In this document: in pieces, positions 53,889-64,000 of the stretch
Position numbering within the stretch: position 1 is the stretch's first letter
Layout: each line of letters opens with the position of its first letter
Source of the DNA: Eledone cirrhosa
Taxonomy: Eukaryota
NCBI GenBank assembly: GCA_964016885.1
Contig: OZ024740.1
Span: 81,158,001-81,222,000 of the forward strand
Direction of reading: 5' to 3'
DNA: 64,000 nt
Notes under the pieces: generated by a model
What the model saw: only the letters and a program-made list of their open reading frames with translations
Databases searched by the model: none
Told to the model about the DNA's origin: nothing
Position numbers and translations under genes: made by a program

Positions 53889-54469
53889 CTAGCAGGGGTA
53901 CCCGGTGTGGCACGGGATAAGGTATTGTGAAATATATAACCGCCTTAGCTAAGCTTAGTATTGCCACAACCACGGCTGGCAAAGAAGTAAGGGTCTGGTG
54001 GTACGTAAGTAAGCAACACTATGGCTTAAAACGCGAGGAAGAAGTTGTGTGCACTTACCAACTGAGTGTGAGATTTGTCTTGAGTAAGGGTGGCAGAATA
54101 ACCGGAAGCAGCACACAGCCAGACATACAGACAGATATTGTAAGGGCGCGTTCTGGACGCAGAGCAAATTGTAGAAAGTGACGTAATGCAGACAGCTAGA
54201 CATACAGACAGATATTATAAGGGCGCGACGCTATATATATGTATCTATCTAAAAAGAGAAAAACTAAGAATTATAGACAGGGATCGCTAAATCGCCTAAT
54301 GGGGTCCCTAGGGCAGTGACAATTTGAAATTTCTGATGCTCATAACACTCCCTGAAACATAAGTATCACATGTGTAAAGTTTAAAAACAGTCGGTTGGGT
54401 GCTTCTCTAGTTTTAGGGATTCAACCTTACACATACACAGACAGACATCCTCAGTTTTATATATATAGA
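53889..54469 (-). mobile_element. Non-autonomous Helitron(s)
   Basis: 3' cccgtgccacaccgggtacccctgCTAG at 53889; 5' TCtatatatataaaac...gtctgtctg at 54469. Confidence 0.65.
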
Positions 54470-56417
54470 CTAGCAGAAGACCACCCGGTGGGCGGTTTTC
54501 TGCTAGCAAATCTAGTGTATATACTGATATTGTTGAGATTTGGATGAGAAATGTTTTCGACACCACATGTTCACCGTCTCTCGGTGTGTCTTTTATGCAT
54601 GTATAAATATATATGTTATCTATACGGTGAAATCTTTGAAATAAATATATGTTAAAACGAAAAAGGAGAAAATAAATAACTGGCGGTTATAAAAAAATAT
54701 TCCTATGAAATTTCAATCATACCATTAAGTGTGAATAAGGAAATATTTTTTTATTGTCAAAACAAATGTTCAAAAGTTAAACTTCAATTTTTTTAATTAT
54801 TTCCAATTTTTTCATGAAATTAAACACTGGACATTGGCTGCTGGAAATGGAAATTAAATCGTATTTAATTGTATTTAAATTTCTAACCTTATTTTATTAT
54901 TTATTTTTTTTCAATAAGAAATTAAAAAAAAACAACAACAAAAATTGAAGAAAAAAATTGAACAAATCAAATGTAGGTTATGGAACTGCGCAATTTGATT
55001 AATAAATTACCTCATCAGCAGCAACCTTCTTCAAATAGTCCTTATTATCAGCAGCAACAACCACAAATTCAATGGCAACCTTCTTCGCATGTGGCAAGTC
55101 AGAACCGCCTCGAACTGGTTACTTCTGGCTTGTGCAAGGTGTCTTTATAGCAACCAGCGATTCCCTCGGTCTCAGTGACCAAAGTCAGTGGAGAGGGGAA
55201 GGTAATGTTTCTATAAAGGAAGGGGAAGGTAATATTTCTGTAGCACATGTTTTAGCGTCTATTCACTCTCTCTCTCTCCCTCTCTCCCTCCCGCTATCCC
55301 CCTCTCGTAGCCTGTCTCTTTCTTTCACTCTCACTCTCTATCTACGCACGTGTTTCTACTGTCGGACAGACAGACAGAGAAATTGCTAGTTATATATATA
55401 TATATATATATAGACTAACAGAAAACCACCCGGTGGGCGGTTTTCTGCTAGAAATTCTAGTGTATATACTGATATTGTTGATATTTGGATGAGAAATGTT
55501 TTCGGCACCACATGTTCACCGTCTCTCGGTGTGTCTTTTATGCATGTATAAATATATATGTTATCTATACGGTGAAATCTTTGAAATAAATATATGTTAA
55601 AACGAAAAAGGAGAAAATAAATAACTGGCGGTTATAAAAAAATATTCCTATGAAATTTTAATCATACCATTAGGTGTGAATAAGGAATTTTTTTTTATTG
55701 TCAAAACAAATGTTCAAAAGTTAAACTTCAATTTTTTGAATTATTTCCAATTTTTTCATGAAATTGAACACTGGACATTAGCTGCTGGAAATGGAAATTA
55801 AATCGTATTTAATTTTATTTAAATTTCTCACCTTATTTTATTATTTATATTTTTTCAAAAAGAAATAAAAAAAACAACAACAAAAATTGAAGAAAAAAAT
55901 TGAACAAATCAAACGTAGGTTATGGAACTGCGCAATCTGATTAATAAATTACCTCATCAGCAGCAACCTTCTTCAAATGGTCCTTAATATCAGCAGCAAA
56001 AACCACAAATTCAATGGCAACCTTCTTCAAACCACAAATTCTATGGCAACCTTCTTCGCATGGTGTCAAGTCAGAACCGCCTCGAACTGGTTACTTCTGG
56101 CTTGTGCAAGGTGTCTCTATAGCAACCAGCGATTTCCTTGGCCTCAGTGACCAAAGTCAGTGGAGAGGGGAAGGTAATGTTTCTATAAAGGAAGGGGAAG
56201 GTAATGTATCTATAAAGGAAGGGGAATGTAATATTTTTGTAGCACGTGTTTTAGCGTCTATTCCCTCTCTCTCTCTCTCTCTCCCTCCATCTCTCCCTCC
56301 CGCTATTCCCCACTCGTAGTCTGTCTCTTTCTTTCACTCTCACTCTCTCTCTACGCACGTGTTTCCACTGTCGGACAGACAGACAGAGAAATTGCTGGTT
56401 ATATATATATAAGTAGA
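54470..56417 (-). mobile_element. Head-to-tail tandem pair of about 0.95-1.0 kb non-autonomous Helitrons
   Basis: Copies 54470-55414 and 55415-56417; terminal hairpin ctagcagaa..ttctgctag; TC heads followed by (TCTG)n. Confidence 0.85.
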
Positions 56418-57289
56418 TATTGGCTAAAAGCTAATTTACGTCGGATAGTTTTACAGAAGATAAAGAGAGCCTAGTAGATAAAATATGTAGTAAACAACGT
56501 TTTTTCTGACGTCTGTTGCGAAAGCGAAATAATGCTAAATACGCTTTACAAATATGTTTAACATATATGTATTTCTTTAGCTGACACAATCTTCTAAATT
56601 GAGTCCTTTTAATGGCATAGAAATACTATCGAGAACTAATAGAATTGTAATTAATATACAAAAATAACGAAAAAGAAGATAACATAGATTTGTCTGGGAA
56701 CATTGGATGTGATATACAGTACACATTAATTTGTATTAGAAAAAAGAAAATTTAGTCTTATGAGAGTCTGGTTTCAGCCAGTAGAATTGACGTCAGAGAA
56801 GTGCACTCTGCTAGTGTAGAAGAAAATATATTTGCAAATATCCCTATCAGACATACATTCTGAAGTACTGAATTTTTGTTATGTTATCAAATTTATTTTC
56901 ATATTATCAAATTTAAAGCTGTGAAGTAAAGCCAATCATATTGATTTATTCGAAATGATAATAACAATTTCGTCAACGGGATGATTTGAACAGTAATATA
57001 TACGGACAGATGTAAATAATTACAGAATTTATCCGTGCTTCATTTTTCTACGCAGCAAAACTGATTCTATATCAGAAACAAAACTTTCAATCATATAACG
57101 GTAACATAATATAAAATACTCTTTTGTTTTACAGGAAATACCCCTTCAAGTTCATGTAGACAGTGTATGCACTTCATAGAAAATTTACTTTGTTGCAGAT
57201 ATATAGTTACATATTGGAAGATATACATACACAAAAACAGACACACGCCCACCTCCATATAATTCAAGGAAAGAGAAGATAATGATTCA

Positions 57290-57650
57290 TGGTGCCTTTA
57301 ATTTTTGCAAACTGTTGTGATCAACAAACCAAGAAGCTGGAAGAGATTTATATAGGCGAAACTATCAGAATATTATTTACGTTACGCTTTAGGAACATCA
57401 ATTTTGAAGCGATGAGGTCTAGTCGCAAAATTGGTACCATGTTTAAACTCATGAAGACGATGCATCAAAGAGAAAAGCTTTTCAGAACAATTTCCATAAC
57501 AATACTTATAGAAATTCACAGAGAGGCGACGTATCGATAGTGATTGAAGTCGACATGATAAATCAGGACCAGTAATGTTGATACTTCTTTGGAATTTATC
57601 CAAAATCTGAAACACTGCATTATCAGCAGACTAGGTGTTACAACAGTATT
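57290..57650 (-). mobile_element. Decayed CR1/Jockey-like LINE 3' fragment
   Basis: LQSLSIRR..FYKYCYGNCSEKL..TRPHRF resembles the C-terminus of CR1-group RT proteins. Confidence 0.55.
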
Positions 57651-60564
57651 CAATGCAAGAACGAATGCTAAATTTTAAAAAGAGGTAAGATAATTGGAGG
57701 CGTTAAATATTTCCTCACATTAAGAGCGACTCAAGTTAAAATCATTTCAGCTGAAATCAGACAAAACTATCAGATGAAGAAGTAGATTAAGATTAGTCAT
57801 ACATGCATAAGTGTCAGAGCATCTATGTGCATATGTTTTTAATAATTAAGCTCTATATAAGCTCTAGAATCTAACACTAGTATATTGTTGATGTTAAATA
57901 TTGGCTTCCGTCAAGTGGAGGTATATCAAGCATACATCTAGACAACAAGAAAATGCATTTAATTTACTTCTCATACATGTTATATGTTGGTCCAATTATG
58001 TATCGACCATATGAGAGTTTATCAAGTAATATTGATATTACACACACCAATTTTAGTTATAAAATTGATTGAAAAATGATCTGAGTCGGCTTCTGTTATT
58101 AAAGGCTGTGGGGAGATGTATACAGCAATGAATAGGAAATAAAGTGACAATATGAAGCTAATTGCGCTAATTAGTTTAGTACTACATTTACACAGCCATC
58201 TTTTAATTACAATACATGAAATTCACTCATGGCTAAGTAAAGCTAGTTAATATACATTTCCGCTTTAATGACATATACTTGTAACAAAATAGTGGAAGGT
58301 TTCAACATAACTAATGAAGTTTCTGAAATAAACAGAAATACATGTTTCATTAAAATTAGATCTTTATGAAAATGGGGTTATTATCTTTACGTTATGACTG
58401 GGAAAAAGAGAAGAAAGAAAAAGGTATATAATTCCTGGTTTTATGTTGCATATCTAGAGTAGAAGGAAGATAAATGTGTGCGTGTAAGAAGGCATTAATT
58501 TAATCCTTTATAAGGATTATTATTATTCATGCATATTGGCTACATTAGGAACATATCTTAGCATCAGTATATCATTTTTGAGGTACATGATTTTTTTCGT
58601 CCATCCTCACGTCATCCAGAATTTATGTGCAATTTCGTTTATTTTTGCTATACTAAAATGTCACAAAATGATACATGCGTTCGGAGTTAATTTTCGAAAT
58701 GCTCACAATATAATAAAATATAAATCGAAACATCTAAGCGATAACTAATAAAATCAACAATTTTTGTTTTATTTGAAAAAAAAAAAAGAGAAACATACAC
58801 AAAACTATTCTATACAACTCCCAATCCATTTGTGAAGGCGAGTAGAAAATTATGGTTCTACTGGCTCTTTATAGGCAATCTTCTACGAGGGTAAGTACGT
58901 TTAATGAAGCCAAGCATCTTGTTAGTGAATGAATGCAGAATAAATTGAAGATACTGTGAAAAAGAAGATCGATCTTCAAAGACAATGATTGCATTACTAT
59001 CAACGATGCAAATTTCTTCTGAAATCAAATGTTCAAAACATAATTACGACGGAACATCGAAGAAGCTCATTAGAATATATAGAGGCTGTGTAGAAAGAAG
59101 TTTAACACGTTTGATTGTGCAGACATACTAACACATTATATAAGGTAATAACCTATACCACAATAATTGCTACGAGGATACAATTGACATATGACAAAAA
59201 GTATTAAGAAATGTTGTAAATACTAAACGCTTCAGTAATCGCTTTATATCTTATTAATAATATGGCGTTGTAACTTTCGTTCAAGCTGTTAATACTTCCA
59301 TGCGAAGTTTAGAGTTTGTCCTTTAGTAAAACGATATTGTAATGTAATATCTATTCGTACTTTTTCTGTAATTAGTTAAAATACGAGTCAGTCTTTTAAC
59401 ATGAAAAGACGGAATTTTCCTTTCACATGTTCTATGTCATTCCATACGGATTGAGCTTGCATTAGGATTAATGCTGTGGACTACATAATGCATCTAACAA
59501 TTGAGGGGCCTATTTTATTGGTTAGTGTAGATATTTAAGAAGAAATATAAGACCACGCATTTGAATAATTTGATACTGGTTATGTTCCTTTTACCCAGTT
59601 AAATAGAAATTCTCACGTACGTAGACAACCAAAAAAATGCATTTGATTTGTTATGTTACATCGTAAATAAATATGGCACTGTTCACACATGTCAGCAATA
59701 GAAAGAAAAAAGCCCATAAATACAAGTGAAATGAGATATGCAGTAATGTTTTCTACTATATTAATTCTGTTTGTGTATGAGGTTTTCAAAGAAATCACAG
59801 CCATTCGTATTTAATAGATTTGATCTGTTTTGTATTGGGCTTGACTTCGTTAATTATAATATCATATAACAAGGATACACCTTAAACTACGAATAGCTAT
59901 TGTTGTAGATTTGTACGAGATATTACATACGTTGGACTAATACATTTGTTTATTTGTAACTATTTGTTCGATTTTGTATCGATTAGGTTGTTATAATGTC
60001 AATATTACTATATATTCGCAACTTACATTGAAATAGGGTCAAGATTAATGTTGGTCAATATAACCAATTTCCGATACATGTTACCAAACGAAATATGTTA
60101 CATAGATTTCACTTGCATAAACCAATCCATTGGCGTACAGTAGCATCAACGTCTTTCACATGCAGTATGCAAGGGATGAATAGGGAATGAATACAAGGAA
60201 ATAAGCTTAACTTATCACATTACATTATACGTTCTTACATAGATTCCACAACGTATTTGCTCAGTTCATAAAATATAACAACTAGATATTCAACGACTAA
60301 TCGAATAGTGTAGATTTTGAAAATATTTATCTGAAAAAAAACCCCAATATCACGACAGGAGGTGTTTTGTTAAGGGATTTGCTTGATCAGGCAACTTCTT
60401 ATTTTATTGAGTTATAGTGATGTCATAAAGGCTAAATACTAATATAGTTTGAATTCTGAAGGTCTGTAGGTAGTCGAAATTAGGTATCACTGTTTATTCA
60501 GTGGTTAACAGGAAATACCTTATTGTTCATGTTATCCTCTTAGTTTCTCCTCCCCATTTAATAA

Positions 60565-60965
60565 TGATTTCTACTATAGGCGCAAGGCCAGTAATTTGGG
60601 GAGAGGAGAATGTCGATTAAATCAACTACAGTGCATTACTGGTACTCTATTTTATCGATCCCGCAAGGATAAAACACAAAGCTAATCTCGGTGGGATTTG
60701 AAATCAGAACGTAAAGGGCCATACATCTATGCCGCTAAGCATGTTGTCCAACGCTCTACTTCTCCCCATTTAATAATTGTTTCTACTTTTTGGAACAAAG
60801 CCAGCAATTATCTCAGTGCATTACTGGCGCTTTATTTTGTCAATTCCCTAGGGACGAAAGGCAAAATTAACCTCGGCGGAATTTGAACTCAGGCCGTAAA
60901 GAGCCGCAACTCTATACTGCAAATCATGGCGTCCGACCCTCTTCTAATATGCCAAATTCCACCTT
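60565..60965 (-). mobile_element. Two tandem SINE family A copies
   Basis: 60565-60770 and 60775-60965; ccccatttaataat repeated at 60552 and 60764. Confidence 0.8.
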
Positions 60966-61017
60966 CCCATTTACTAATAAGACTGTGTCGTTAATTCTTT
61001 ATTTACACATATTGTGA

Positions 61018-61140
61018 AGGCGCGTGGCTGAGTAGTTAGAGAATTTGATGCGCAATCGTGAGGTTGTGAGTTCGGTTCCCGGACCAGGCGATGCGTTATG
61101 TACTTAAACAAGAAACTTTATTTTCACGTTGCTCCTTCTA
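61018..61140 (+). mobile_element. Second tRNA-headed SINE family with a CORE-like segment
   Basis: gtggctgagtagttaga...gagttcggttccc, followed by tgtacttaaacaagaaacttta. Confidence 0.55.
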
Positions 61141-61229
61141 CCTGGAGTTGCGACTGATAAATAGTATCAGCAATTGGAAAGAGCAATGGAAACAGTGTTT
61201 CCTCGGTCCGATTTGACGAAAGTTGATCG

Positions 61230-63015
<1,786 letters not shown>

Positions 63016-64000
63016 CTATTGAAAAAATACAAATAGAAACTGAAACACATCATATATTATTTTAACGGAAATATAAGTAATTGTGACAAAAGCAATATGT
63101 TTTTTAACCTTGCATAATTTTGAATACATCGCACATATTAATGACGTAAGTAAAGAAAAGCGTAAATTTACAAGTGACCGGAAAGGTAGCGCCAATAAAA
63201 TAAACACAAAATAAAATAAAATATTTATATTGGTAAATGCATAACCCCTAATCTATGTAGGATTCACTCAATCATATATATATACAGATCAGTGAAAAAT
63301 ATGAAATCATTATAGCCACTTCCACCCCACAATAACTTTAATAAAAATACCTCCGCATTATACTGTCACACATTAAACTATACACGTATACGATCAGTTG
63401 AAGGATTTCTAGAGATTGTAGATGAAACTAAAGAAATTGGTACCAACACTAACCTAGATCTACAAAGCCTGTTTACTAAAGGCTCAGGGACAAATATAGA
63501 TATTATATTATTTACTTTATATAAGTACACTACACAACAACCCTATTCGATACCAGTAAACCTATTGACAATACTGCAACCGAATTTCTCTGTCTATAAG
63601 GCTTTATATATAAAGCAAAAGATGGAGAGGCTACCGGTTCTCAGTTAAAGTCATAGATCGCTGCAATCTATATGGCCAGAAGAGATAAAGTGTATATCAA
63701 CAGAAAAACTCCTTCCTTAGAGCAATATAAAGCCATACACTGGATTAGTAAAATCAAAAGAATTAAGTAAATATTTATCAATAACAGACATGCTTATAGA
63801 CTCTCACAGGAAAACGCATCATAATCATCGAAATCATATATACATATTGAGCATGGGACAAACGAATGGCACAGAAAACGTGGAAAAGGCGGACACATGA
63901 AGAATTTCCGCTCGTCGCGCGACAACAGGGTGACCTTTTAGTTTCAGTGACTTTAAAATTACTAGCTCTCTTCTCAAGGCACCAATAGCCTCTAAGATAA

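Noticed and set aside
55072-56319. Duplicated 100-aa ORFs as a gene pair
   Set aside because: They lie within tandem Helitron copies, run into (CT)n and show no recognisable domain
57120-58900. Isolated splice-like signals (ttttacag at about 57134, ggtaagt at about 58890)
   Set aside because: No coherent exon ORF or recognisable peptide

Overview
This is an AT-rich, repeat-saturated eukaryotic window. The SINE family and the dense (TA)n/(CA)n microsatellites suggest a cephalopod such as an octopus, which is an inference. No intact host gene could be supported, and most ORF-track entries are microsatellite or satellite artefacts. Contents: many copies of a tRNA-headed SINE; several RTE-type LINEs, one near full-length and GC-rich; CRE- and CR1-like fragments; Penelope-like elements (PLEs; RT + GIY-YIG); and non-autonomous Helitrons. 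Two things stand out. (1) A 14,265-bp TC...CTAG Helitron-like unit (13398-27662) is inserted exactly at an A|T site inside a PLE fragment and carries about 100 tandem copies of an 88-bp Tc1/mariner-like MITE separated by (TA)n. (2) Inside that array sits a very young non-coding 591-bp tandem/inverted repeat in which each unit carries a type I hammerhead ribozyme with a compensatory U3-A8 core (retrozyme-like). A second hammerhead family in the window has U3-A8 in one copy and C3-G8 in another. All calls come from reading by eye; no searches or folding were run.
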